Below, one piece after another: positions 50,821-59,918 of a DNA stretch of 64,000 bases. A program made the position numbers and the translations under genes. The notes beneath the pieces are model-generated. The model was given only the letters and a program-made list of their open reading frames with translations. It did no database searches and was not told the DNA's origin. Within the stretch, counting starts at the first letter, position 1. The number at the start of each line of letters is the position of its first letter. The DNA comes from Verrucomicrobiales bacterium (lineage in GTDB: Bacteria > Verrucomicrobiota > Verrucomicrobiia > Verrucomicrobiales > V1-33), in assembly GCA_031411295.1 (NCBI GenBank), contig JANOAV010000040.1, forward strand, positions 28,705 to 92,704, written 5' to 3'.

Positions 50821-51798
50821 TCACGAGCCTCTCTCTTTCGGCAGAAAGAATCCACGTTGCTTCTCGCTGATGGGTAAATTGAGTTTCTCCATGACCTTGA
50901 GCAAATCCTCCCACACCTTGCGTCGTTCGGACATGGCGGGGTTATGGAGCAGGTAGCTGGGGTGATACGTGATCATCACTGGCGTGCCCTGATAGTCGTG
51001 GAACTTGGCGCGGACCCGTCCCACGGCCACAGTCGTGAGCCCCAAGAGTCCCTCGGCCGAGGTGGCTCCCAGGGCGACAATGACGTCTGGTTGCACGATG
51101 TCGATTTCCTGCTGGATAAAGGTCACGCAGGCCGCCATCTCGTCCGGATCTGGTTTGCGGTTATTGGTCGTCTGCCCGGGCATTTTAGGACGGAATTTGC
51201 AGATATTGGAAATGTAAACCTCACTGCGCTGGAGTCCCATGGCGGTAATCATTTTCGTCAAGGTCGCTCCGGCAGGGCCAACAAACGGCTCACCCTTTTC
51301 CTCCTCCTCCGATCCCGGAGCTTCGCCCACAAACATGATGCGTGCCATGGGATCACCCACGGCAAAGACCATAGTGTCGCGCAGCGTGCCCAGTTTGAAC
51401 GCGGGCTCGTGCATGGCGGCAGCGGACTTTAATACCGCAAGTTTTCGGACGCGCTCTTCTAAGGGGAGTGCGGGTGGACGGATGCGGGCGGGCGGAGCGG
51501 CAGCTGCTGGAGCTGGGGCTGGCGGCGGCAGGGAATCTGGGGGCGGAGAGACCGTGCGACGTGCCGCTGCGGGAGCACTGGGCAGGGCGGCAGCGGTCTG
51601 GCGGGGCGTGCTGACTTTGCGGGACATGACGATGTTCCGGAGCGCCTGCCGAGCGGGCTCGCTGAGCGGGAGCCGCGTTTCCCCGCGGTCCGCCATCGAC
51701 TGGAAATAGTCCCGCAGCAGATGAAGCGCCCGTTCCGCGCCCGCAGGGTCGGGTTGGGCTGAGGGTGAATCGGGGCTGGCGGTGGATTCCAAGATCAT
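50821..51798 (-). CDS. Uracil-DNA glycosylase family 4
   Basis: FVGEAPG..E...G.PFVG.AG, LGA, YHPSYLL. Confidence 0.9.
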   Translation of the reverse strand: MILESTASPDSPSAQPDPAGAERALHLLRDYFQSMADRGETRLPLSEPARQALRNIVMSRKVSTPRQTAAALPSAPAAARRTVSPPPDSLPPPAPAPAAAAPPARIRPPALPLEERVRKLAVLKSAAAMHEPAFKLGTLRDTMVFAVGDPMARIMFVGEAPGSEEEEKGEPFVGPAGATLTKMITAMGLQRSEVYISNICKFRPKMPGQTTNNRKPDPDEMAACVTFIQQEIDIVQPDVIVALGATSAEGLLGLTTVAVGRVRAKFHDYQGTPVMITYHPSYLLHNPAMSERRKVWEDLLKVMEKLNLPISEKQRGFFLPKERGS

Positions 51799-51884
51799 GA
51801 AGAATTTCTACTTGTAGGGAGCGGTTACCTTCCCCATATATTCCGCCAGACAGCTCGCAACTAATAACTCAACGCCAAATCATC

Positions 51885-52649
51885 ATGTTCAAACGACTCA
51901 GAAATATCATCCGCGGTTTCTTCGGCCTTTTCATCTCGGGGATGGAAAAGAAAAACCCCGAAGCTCTGCTGGAAGTGGAAAAGGAAAACCTGCGGGAGCA
52001 GATTGCCAAATTCAACAAAGGTCTGGCTGGGCATGCCGCCGTCTGCGAGAAATTAATGAGCACCGTGAAACAATACGAGCGGGAAGAAACCGAGTTGCGC
52101 GCCAAAACGGTGGCCAACCTGCGGGCTGACAATAAGGAACTGGCTGGGCAATATGCGCTGAAGCATGCCACGGTGAAAAAGGAACTGGAGGAAAATCGGG
52201 CCGCTTTGGAGACTGCCGAGAAGACTTACAAGGACCTGCTACAGGCTCGAGACACCAGCGTCAATGCCGCCCGGGAAAAAATCGAGGGGCTCAAGCGCGA
52301 CATTGGCGATATGAAGATGCAGAGTGCGGTAGCAGAACTCAACGAGATGGCGGCGGGCATGGTTACGGAAATCGGCGGCAGTGGCGATACGCTGAACCGC
52401 CTCTCCGAAATGGTCAAAGAAGAGAAGGACAAAGCGTCCGGCCGGGCCCGAGTGGCACGCGACAGCATCGACATGACAGAAATTCATGCGCAGGCGAGCG
52501 AACAGAAAGCCTTGGCAGATCTGGCTCTGGCCGATTTTGCAGCCGCTGAGGGAATTGCGTTGCCAGGGGCCACGAAAGTGGTCTCCGCCAGTGCTGGGGG
52601 CGATGTGGCTCCGGCGGAGAAAACGATGGGGCCGGCGGAGACGAATTAA
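51885..52649 (+). CDS. PspA/IM30 family protein
   Basis: MFKRL.NII amphipathic helix, NPEALL, long coiled coil. Confidence 0.85.
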   Translation: MFKRLRNIIRGFFGLFISGMEKKNPEALLEVEKENLREQIAKFNKGLAGHAAVCEKLMSTVKQYEREETELRAKTVANLRADNKELAGQYALKHATVKKELEENRAALETAEKTYKDLLQARDTSVNAAREKIEGLKRDIGDMKMQSAVAELNEMAAGMVTEIGGSGDTLNRLSEMVKEEKDKASGRARVARDSIDMTEIHAQASEQKALADLALADFAAAEGIALPGATKVVSASAGGDVAPAEKTMGPAETN

Positions 52650-52710
52650 ATTGAGTCTGCGGGGTTTTGCTCGCACCAATGAGCGGTGGCAGCTCAGGTT
52701 AGGGGATTTC

Positions 52711-52737
52711 AGCAGTCCGGCGGACTGCTGCCACACT
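52711..52737. repeat. REP-like palindromic repeat, copy 1
   Basis: AGCAGTCCGGCGGACTGCTGCCACACT between convergent genes; near-identical copy at 58812. Confidence 0.65.
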
Positions 52738-52742
52738 TCGCG

Positions 52743-53786
52743 TTATTTCCCGGGAGCGGCAGGAGCATCGGTGGCGGTTGCTTCGAGTTCTGCGCCCATC
52801 ATCATCATCTCCATGCCCATGTCGCCCATCATCTCGCTCATGTCGAAGGAGCTGGCTTGTTGCAGGTTCTCATAAACCTTCATTTGCTCTTCTGTCAGGA
52901 TCGGCTTCAACGCTTCCCGGCGGCGGATTTGTCGTTGTTTGATTTCGTCCGTCATGCCAAGGATCTTGGTGGCCGACTCATCCCCCATTTCTTTTTTGAT
53001 GCGCTCGATTTCCTGCGGCTGCTGCTGAATCATAGCGATCATTCCAGGAATTGGCTGGTCATGTTCTTGGTTGGCGAATTGGCTTAAAGTGGCGAAGATC
53101 TGATCTTTTTGCTCCCCACTTAAAGACATGGCGCCCTGAAGTTTGGCCAACTCCTTATTCGCAGCCATTTCCACTTTGTTGGCCCGCTGTTCCTGTTGAT
53201 GACTTTGGAAGGCAGCTTTTTGCTCAGGAGAAAGGAGGTCTAAAACTTTGGCGTCGGTTTCGTGCTCTTGCTTCAGTGGGTCCAGCATCAGCGCCAGCAT
53301 ATCCTTTTCATTTTCTGCCCCGCCACCTGCTTCTTCGGTCATCGCTCCCATCGCACGCAGTCCCAAGTCACTTTTGGTAAGCTTCTCTAAGAGTAGTGCA
53401 CGAACGCTTTCGGCTTGGGCATCTGTGAGGCTAAGGCGCTTTTTCAGCACCGCTAATTGTTCGTCAACTTTGGCATTGAGCCGCTGCTCCATGCGTTGTT
53501 TCATCTTTTGACGTTGGTCCTTCATGCCCTGCAGGGCCTTGGCCTGGGCTTGTTCTGCCGCAGCCGTGGCTTCCGCCGCACTGGCACTGGACTGTTCAGT
53601 ATCACTTCCTTTGGCCTTGGCCTGAAGTTTCGCCAACTCGGTTTGCTTCTCCGCCAAGGCGGATTCCAGTCGGGTTACTTTAGCAGTTATCTCGGCGGGA
53701 GCCGGTTGTGCGCGCTGCCAGCAATAAACCCCTCCCCCACCCAAGGCGAGGCCGGAGATGAAACTGAGAATGACCTTTGGGTTCAT
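52743..53786 (-). CDS. Membrane-anchored coiled-coil hypothetical protein
   Basis: N-terminal TM, repeated L.LT..Q / LS.EQ helical motifs. Confidence 0.7.
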   Translation of the reverse strand: MNPKVILSFISGLALGGGGVYCWQRAQPAPAEITAKVTRLESALAEKQTELAKLQAKAKGSDTEQSSASAAEATAAAEQAQAKALQGMKDQRQKMKQRMEQRLNAKVDEQLAVLKKRLSLTDAQAESVRALLLEKLTKSDLGLRAMGAMTEEAGGGAENEKDMLALMLDPLKQEHETDAKVLDLLSPEQKAAFQSHQQEQRANKVEMAANKELAKLQGAMSLSGEQKDQIFATLSQFANQEHDQPIPGMIAMIQQQPQEIERIKKEMGDESATKILGMTDEIKQRQIRRREALKPILTEEQMKVYENLQQASSFDMSEMMGDMGMEMMMMGAELEATATDAPAAPGK

Positions 53787-53804
53787 CGATTTTGTTTGGG
53801 TCGT

Positions 53805-54773
53805 TTACTGCTTCTTAGGGGCTTCCGTCGCTTCCAACGTTTTGTTGGGGATAGCTCCTCCCGACCTCGACCACTCAATGGCAGCACTATTATCCACTAC
53901 GCTCAAATTCGCCAAAGCCTGCAGCGCTTGATCTCGGCCTGCCCCCGCAGGCAGCGTGTTAACCCAAGCTGCGGCAGCGGACGGATCCGACCGCACCCAA
54001 GCGCTGGTAACAATTCCCTGCGCCTGCCGAGTCGCCACTTCATCGCGCGCCGAACCGACCGATTGCACCCACCGCTCAACGCTCATGGGATTATTACGCA
54101 ATTGCTCCTCCAGCAAATTTTGCATCAAGGGGGCGGTGCGGGGATATTGGATGAGGCCTAACGCGGTTTCCGGTGGGACTTGATTGAACAGGATATCTGC
54201 CGCCTGACGTGGGCTGCGCTCGTTTGCGATCCTCACTACCGATCCAACGGCCACTCCATGGTCGTGTTGATTTGTCAGTGAGTTGGCGGCTTGGACGGCA
54301 GTATCCAGATCAAAATTAGCGAGCCGCGTAATCCCCTCCCGCACCATGTTGATGCGTTCCATGCCCTGCATGTTCTGGGCCAATTCCAAGGCCGCAAAAC
54401 CGCTAGATTCATCAGTGAAACTGGGGGGCTCAAGCCTCGGGGTCGGGGTCGGGGGAATTGGATTGGTCGGCAGCGGTGCTTGGAATACGGTGACCGCGGC
54501 CAGTCTCTTGACTGGCTCCTCAGGGGGCGCTACTGCTGGCACCGGAGGAGCCTCAGCGGCAAGACTTGCCGCTTTGAAAGCCGGGACTGGCTGGGACGGA
54601 CTGTGCACGGCAGTTGGCACCATCCGCTCCACGGCAGGCGCGGGAGCCACGGAGTATCCTGACGTTAGCGGATTGCCCGCGGCAGGTGGGTCTTGCCGGC
54701 TGACATTTCGCATATACAGCCCTGCCGCAGTTGCGACGGCAAGTGTGAGGGCCAACGTGGGGATGATTTTCAT
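53805..54773 (-). CDS. Exported hypothetical protein with helical repeats
   Basis: Signal sequence, Pro-rich linker, W...DP.AA..W repeats. Confidence 0.7.
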   Translation of the reverse strand: MKIIPTLALTLAVATAAGLYMRNVSRQDPPAAGNPLTSGYSVAPAPAVERMVPTAVHSPSQPVPAFKAASLAAEAPPVPAVAPPEEPVKRLAAVTVFQAPLPTNPIPPTPTPRLEPPSFTDESSGFAALELAQNMQGMERINMVREGITRLANFDLDTAVQAANSLTNQHDHGVAVGSVVRIANERSPRQAADILFNQVPPETALGLIQYPRTAPLMQNLLEEQLRNNPMSVERWVQSVGSARDEVATRQAQGIVTSAWVRSDPSAAAAWVNTLPAGAGRDQALQALANLSVVDNSAAIEWSRSGGAIPNKTLEATEAPKKQ

Positions 54774-54954
54774 GAGTCGAAGGGCAGGGCGAAAATTGGG
54801 GCAAATTATTCAATTCACACCTCTTGTGCAAGCCTGTATTTGCTCAATCAACCGGCCGCGCCCTAAGATGATAATCTTCGCTATTTCGTTGTTTCTCAGC
54901 TCGACAATGTAGTTTGGCCGGATAATTTCAGATCAAAGTATCGTTTATGCATTT

Positions 54955-55725
54955 ATGAGGTTACTAGCCCATCTTCTTCCACCACTAAGCGTCATGTCCC
55001 TGCTCTCCTCGTGCCGGGACACCCAGTTGGAGGCGCTGCAGGCGCAAAAGACTACCGCCGAGGCGACGGTGGGTTTACAGGAAGCGGAATTGAAGCAGGT
55101 TAAGGCCGAACTGGTGACGATCCACCAAGCAGGACTCGAAACAAAGCTGAGAAGTCTAGAGGAGCGGTTGGTTCAGGCGCAGCAAGCCTTGAAGGCGGAG
55201 GAAGCAAAACTGAAACTCCCCCGTCTGCTGGAAGAAAAAGCACTGGCAGCCAGCTGGCGCACCCAATTTGATGCCTCCCAATTTTCCACCTTATTTGGGG
55301 CAATTCCGGCGGCCAGCGTGGATGGAATTCAGGCCCCCAGTTTGGACCAGTGGTATGCGCGTAGGGTGACGCTGACGGTGGGCGATAAAAGCGTGAGTTT
55401 CACAGCTACCGCTAACGCAGCAGGAAAGTGGCAGATACCCGATGCGGAAGCAATCGCAAAGTCCTTGCAGTCGCAACCCTCAGCTATCGCAGGGGTGAAA
55501 GTCGCTGGAGACGCAGGCGCGACATTCACTAATTTACCCCAAAACAGCTCGCCCCTCGTGGACGGCCCACGCACACCCGGCATAAGTGTAACCCCTTCAC
55601 CCCAATTACCACCCGGCCCGCCGCAAAAAAGCAGCGATCCCCCAGATTCAGATGATTCCGGTGGTCATGGCAAACGGGGTGGCAGAGAAGGCCTTTCCCC
55701 ACCCAAACCAAGCCCGCAACGGTAG
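54955..55725 (+). CDS. Lipoprotein with coiled coil and C-terminal GHGKRGGREG motif
   Basis: LLSSC lipobox; motif at 55663-55692; stop 22 bp before the kinase start. Confidence 0.75.
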   Translation: MRLLAHLLPPLSVMSLLSSCRDTQLEALQAQKTTAEATVGLQEAELKQVKAELVTIHQAGLETKLRSLEERLVQAQQALKAEEAKLKLPRLLEEKALAASWRTQFDASQFSTLFGAIPAASVDGIQAPSLDQWYARRVTLTVGDKSVSFTATANAAGKWQIPDAEAIAKSLQSQPSAIAGVKVAGDAGATFTNLPQNSSPLVDGPRTPGISVTPSPQLPPGPPQKSSDPPDSDDSGGHGKRGGREGLSPPKPSPQR

Positions 55726-55747
55726 TTCAAACCGCACACCTCACTAT

Positions 55748-57922
55748 ATGCCGGACGATTTTACTGAAATGCCCACGGAACATCAGGATCCTGCTGCCAA
55801 AGCAAGCAGCACCGTCCTGCGCTGGGGGCATCCAGGGTTTCCCTCCGCCAGTGAATTGCGAAACGCGATTACCGGTTACACCGTTGAAAAGATGCTGGGA
55901 ATGGGCGGCATGGGAGCCGTGTATCTGGGCCGCCAAACAAACTTGGATCGACCCGTGGCCATCAAGCTGTTGAATTTGCAACTGAGTCATGATGCAGAGT
56001 TCGCGGAGCGCTTCGCGCGGGAAGCGAAAGCGATGGCAATGCTGGACCATCCTAACATTGTTCACGTCTTGGAATTCGGGACCACCGGGCAAGGCCATCT
56101 TTACTACACCATGGAGTATTTGGAGGGAGGGGATTTACTCGCACTCCTGCGGGATAAAGGCCCCTTGGACGGAGCCAGCGCCACGGCCTTGATGGTGCAG
56201 ATTTGCGGAGCGTTGCAGTGCGCGCATGCGGAAGGCATTGTGCATCGGGACATTAAACCAGCCAATGTTCTCCTAACGCGCACCGGCGTGCCCAAGGTGG
56301 CGGATTTTGGGTTGGTGCGAGGGTCAACCGGCTCTCACCAAAGTGATCTGACCGTAACCGGAATGGTGCTGGGCACACCAGAATATATGGCTCCGGAACA
56401 GCGCTCAGGGCTGGCAGTAGATGCGCGAGCGGATGTCTATGCCATGGGGGTGTTGCTGTATCAATTGATGACCGGTCGGCTGCCGCGGGGAGCTTGGGAT
56501 CCTCCATCCCAGGTTTGTGAGGCCCGAGGCGCAGTGGCTGACGCGCGATTGAACCGCATCGTGCGCACTGCGTTGCAGGAAGATCCTGAGGCCCGTTTCC
56601 TGAACGCTCGCGCTATGCAGGATGCTCTTTCAGCGCTGTCTGTGCAGCCCAGTGAGCATTCCAATCGCAGCGCCCCGGGTCTCGTGGCGCGGGTGGGGGC
56701 CATGGTCGTGCTCGGGGCCGCAGGATGGCTGCTAGGAAAGACGCTGGCGGTGCAGGATCTTACCTCCCACGCCCGGGCCGCAGTGCTCAGTTGGGTGGCT
56801 CCGGTGGAGCGAGTGCATGAGATTTTCATCCTGGATATCAGCCGCCTCAAGCCTCGCACGCAGCCCGGCGGAGCAGGCACCGTGAACGCCACGCCACGCG
56901 ACGAACTGCTGGAAATTCTGCGCAGCTTAGTGATGGCTAAGCCACGGGCGATTGGAATAGATATCGACTTCAGCCCCCACGAGAAAGCGGCGGATAAACC
57001 TTACACGCCCGCAGACCCGGAATTTTTCCGCCAGGTTATGCAGTTGCGTGATGCCAGCGGGGTGCCGATTTTTCTGGGGGTTTGGCGGCAGGAACTGAAT
57101 GGTAAAGAGCGCTGGCTTGGCGGGGTGGAGTTTGCGAGTTTGGCAGCGGGGTTGGGGATTGATCGTGAGGAGGATCGCCCGGTGGAAACCCTCCCGCTGG
57201 AAATCCTCGCCCCAAGGGACGGCTCAGCGCTCCCGTCCATGAGCCTGGCTCTGGCGAAGGCAGGAGGAGCGGTGCCACCGCACACAACGTCTGCTCCATG
57301 GCTCTGGCGGCATGACACCGGAGCGAAAGCTGTGCGTGGCGCGGTGTTGCATGACTATCTGGTCAACTTCGCAGGCTTGGAGCACTTGCTTGAGTCGAGA
57401 TCCAATGGCAGCAGCGCAGCAGAGATAGCCGCCCAACCGGAACGAGTGAAGGGAAAGTTAGTGCTTTTAAGCGATGCTGATCTGAGTCAACGAGCGGATC
57501 CGTTTACCGTGCCCACCCGTCGCAACGAACCGGTGCCTGGCGGCTACGTGCATGGATGCGGGATGGGGACGCTGCTTTCCGGGGTTCCTGCAGTGTTGAC
57601 TCCCATGGGCCGAGTGCTGGCTGGCGCCAGCTTCCTATGTTTGATCTGCTTCGGGGCCTGGCTGATCGAGCGCTGGCTGGCACTGCGTCGCCCGCACGTA
57701 ATTGTCCCGCGCGCCCGGCCGGTGCTGCGATGGGTGAGCGGGATTATTGCTGCAGTGTTGCTGGGCGTGCTACTCAGAGTCACCCGCTTAGCTTGGTCGG
57801 ATTGGCTTTATCTGACCCTGGGTTTGTGGCTGCTACGACCGGTGGCAGCTCGGTTGGTCCAAGTTGGGCAAATTTTGTTGACGACGTGGCGGAAGCTTTT
57901 ATATGGTAAGGTTCAGGAGTAA
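55748..57922 (+). CDS. Hanks-type Ser/Thr kinase with TM, CHASE2-like sensor and three C-terminal TMs
   Basis: LGMGGMGAVY, VAIK, HRDIKPAN, DFG, GTPEYMAPE; then I.ILDI...TPR..L..L....PRAIGIDIDF...GKLVL...D.F......PG..VH (CHASE2). Confidence 0.85.
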   Translation: MPDDFTEMPTEHQDPAAKASSTVLRWGHPGFPSASELRNAITGYTVEKMLGMGGMGAVYLGRQTNLDRPVAIKLLNLQLSHDAEFAERFAREAKAMAMLDHPNIVHVLEFGTTGQGHLYYTMEYLEGGDLLALLRDKGPLDGASATALMVQICGALQCAHAEGIVHRDIKPANVLLTRTGVPKVADFGLVRGSTGSHQSDLTVTGMVLGTPEYMAPEQRSGLAVDARADVYAMGVLLYQLMTGRLPRGAWDPPSQVCEARGAVADARLNRIVRTALQEDPEARFLNARAMQDALSALSVQPSEHSNRSAPGLVARVGAMVVLGAAGWLLGKTLAVQDLTSHARAAVLSWVAPVERVHEIFILDISRLKPRTQPGGAGTVNATPRDELLEILRSLVMAKPRAIGIDIDFSPHEKAADKPYTPADPEFFRQVMQLRDASGVPIFLGVWRQELNGKERWLGGVEFASLAAGLGIDREEDRPVETLPLEILAPRDGSALPSMSLALAKAGGAVPPHTTSAPWLWRHDTGAKAVRGAVLHDYLVNFAGLEHLLESRSNGSSAAEIAAQPERVKGKLVLLSDADLSQRADPFTVPTRRNEPVPGGYVHGCGMGTLLSGVPAVLTPMGRVLAGASFLCLICFGAWLIERWLALRRPHVIVPRARPVLRWVSGIIAAVLLGVLLRVTRLAWSDWLYLTLGLWLLRPVAARLVQVGQILLTTWRKLLYGKVQE

Positions 57923-57942
57923 GCAGCCACTTGCTTGAATTT

Positions 57943-58203
57943 ATGAAACTAGCCTTTATTCCTACTTTACTTCCCCCCACGATCTCAGGTGTCGGAGTTC
58001 GTTTTGGACTGCTCCTGTGTTGCGGTTTGGCATTGATGGGATGCGAAGTCACTCGTGATCCACAGCCCCCGGGAAACACCTACCAGATGAGGCGCCAATC
58101 TGCTCCAAAGCGCTCCAGCCGTCCAGTTGATGAAGATGCGGGGACCGGCCGCAGAGGAGGTCGTGAAGGCATGGACTATCATATTGGGCCGATCGCTGAG
58201 TAA
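57943..58203 (+). CDS. Small lipoprotein with GTGRRGGREG motif
   Basis: LALMGC lipobox; motif at 58141-58170. Confidence 0.7.
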   Translation: MKLAFIPTLLPPTISGVGVRFGLLLCCGLALMGCEVTRDPQPPGNTYQMRRQSAPKRSSRPVDEDAGTGRRGGREGMDYHIGPIAE

Positions 58204-58233
58204 CTCGTGGTGCTTTTTATAAAATTTTAGAAT

Positions 58234-58524
58234 ATGAATAATTTTGCTGCTTTGAAACACTGGTCACGGATGCTTTGCTTGGGTGTTGGCATGGTCACAC
58301 TGTCAAGCTGCTACACTTACGATGTTAGACCAACACGCCACCACAAACATGTGGAACCCTCCCATTCACCCGAGTCCTTTGATCCCGTCCCTGGCATTCA
58401 CGAAGATGGACCTTCCCGCCGGAGTGAACCCGCCCCCCCAACCACGACCGATGAAGGCACTGGCCGGCGTGGCGGAAGGGAGGGGTTAGATGTCCCGTCA
58501 CCAATGCCAGGAAGTATGCGATAG
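58234..58524 (+). CDS. Small lipoprotein with GTGRRGGREG motif
   Basis: TLSSC lipobox; motif at 58456-58485. Confidence 0.7.
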   Translation: MNNFAALKHWSRMLCLGVGMVTLSSCYTYDVRPTRHHKHVEPSHSPESFDPVPGIHEDGPSRRSEPAPPTTTDEGTGRRGGREGLDVPSPMPGSMR

Positions 58525-58536
58525 ATACCGTTCCCA

Positions 58537-58800
58537 ATGACCCTCCGCAAATTACTCTTACTTGGAACTCTTCTGGCGCTGCTCGTCTGGGTTTGGCTCT
58601 ACCTAACAAAATCACCCAACACGACGCTGCCTGTGCCTGCTCGGAGCGTTCCCTCACCACTCCAGCCCATGTCCCCGCCCCCAATGCCCGTGCCATCGCC
58701 AAATCCACCAGAAGAGTCCGGGACTGGGCGTCGTGGTGGAAGGGAGGGACAAGATCCATCGTCCGCAACTATTCCAGACGCCCCTGGAAAAAAGGAGTGA
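58537..58800 (+). CDS. Small membrane-anchored Pro-rich protein with GTGRRGGREG motif
   Basis: N-terminal TM; motif at 58720-58749. Confidence 0.7.
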   Translation: MTLRKLLLLGTLLALLVWVWLYLTKSPNTTLPVPARSVPSPLQPMSPPPMPVPSPNPPEESGTGRRGGREGQDPSSATIPDAPGKKE

Positions 58801-58811
58801 GTCAGGTGAAG

Positions 58812-58837
58812 GCAGTCCAGCGGACTGCTGCCACGCT
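58812..58837. repeat. REP-like palindromic repeat, copy 2
   Basis: GCAGTCCAGCGGACTGCTGCCACGCT between convergent genes. Confidence 0.65.
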
Positions 58838-58841
58838 CGGT

Positions 58842-59903
58842 TCATGGCTGAGCGGTGGTTATTTGCTTGAGGAGCGTTTCAGCCTCTTTTAGCTCCGCGG
58901 GCTTTAGTTTTGCCTTGGTTTCGTCCCGCAACTTTTCTGCTTCTTTTAGCCCCAGATTTACCGCCCGGGTGAAATTCACGTAGGCGAAAACTACATTCTT
59001 CTCCACGCCCCGGCCGTCCAGATAGCAGCGGGCCAAATAAAGACAGCCGCTGGGATCGTTGCGCTTGGCGGACTCTGCGTAGTATTGCGCTGCAATCTTC
59101 ATGTTTGGCTTTACTCCCTGGCCGACCTCGTAGCACTGACCGTAGTTGGAAAGGCCGGCCGGGTGATCATACTGGGCGGCAAAATTGAACCATCCCGCGG
59201 CGGCAATTTTATCCTGATTCAGGCCGAAGCCAAATTGGTAATAGAGCCCAATGAGGTTAGCGCTATCCAAGTTCCCGGCGTTGGCTCCTTTCAGAGCGTG
59301 TTCCAAGGCCTTGCCGACGTTTTTCTCCGTGCCGGCCAATCCGTATTGGTAATATTTACTGAGTCGAAAATGCGCTACACCATCACCTTGGGCCGCGGCT
59401 TTTTCAAACCATGCCAGGGCAGCCTTCTCATCCGCGGGACGACGAATGCCATCCATTTCCAAGACCCCCATGCGGCTTTGGCAGAGCGGAAATCCGGCTT
59501 CGGCTCCTTGCTGGTTGAGGAAATCCGCTCTGGCGAGTTCGGTTTTTCCGCCGATTCCAAATTCGAGACAGCGCGCCCAATTGGCCTTGGCTTCCAAATG
59601 ATCTTTGCCCGCAGCAGCAGCATAATTGGCCAGCGCCTTGGCCGGATCCGCCTTGGTGCCCCAACCGTTCTCCTGCATCCGGCCGAGAAACATCTGGCAA
59701 TCCACATCCCCCTGCTCCGCTCCTTTTACAGCCAGTTTATAGGCTTCCTCGATTTCGTTCTTCTTGTTGGCCTCGATCACCATTTGCGCCATCTCAGAAA
59801 ACTTTGACCCCGGGGGAGCCTCTTTGGATTCGGGAGGCTTTTCTTGGGACCAACTGGGGCAGGCGCTAAGGCAGACGAATGTAATAATGCAGGAAATTTT
59901 CAT
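58842..59903 (-). CDS. Sel1-like repeat secreted protein
   Basis: Repeated A...LG..Y..G.G...D...A..W...AA..G units. Confidence 0.92.
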   Translation of the reverse strand: MKISCIITFVCLSACPSWSQEKPPESKEAPPGSKFSEMAQMVIEANKKNEIEEAYKLAVKGAEQGDVDCQMFLGRMQENGWGTKADPAKALANYAAAAGKDHLEAKANWARCLEFGIGGKTELARADFLNQQGAEAGFPLCQSRMGVLEMDGIRRPADEKAALAWFEKAAAQGDGVAHFRLSKYYQYGLAGTEKNVGKALEHALKGANAGNLDSANLIGLYYQFGFGLNQDKIAAAGWFNFAAQYDHPAGLSNYGQCYEVGQGVKPNMKIAAQYYAESAKRNDPSGCLYLARCYLDGRGVEKNVVFAYVNFTRAVNLGLKEAEKLRDETKAKLKPAELKEAETLLKQITTAQP

Positions 59904-59918
59904 GTGAAGATGGGGTCA

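Noticed and set aside
57943..58800. Small motif proteins as RiPP precursors
   Set aside because: No modifying enzyme, peptidase or exporter nearby, and they carry Sec/lipoprotein signals
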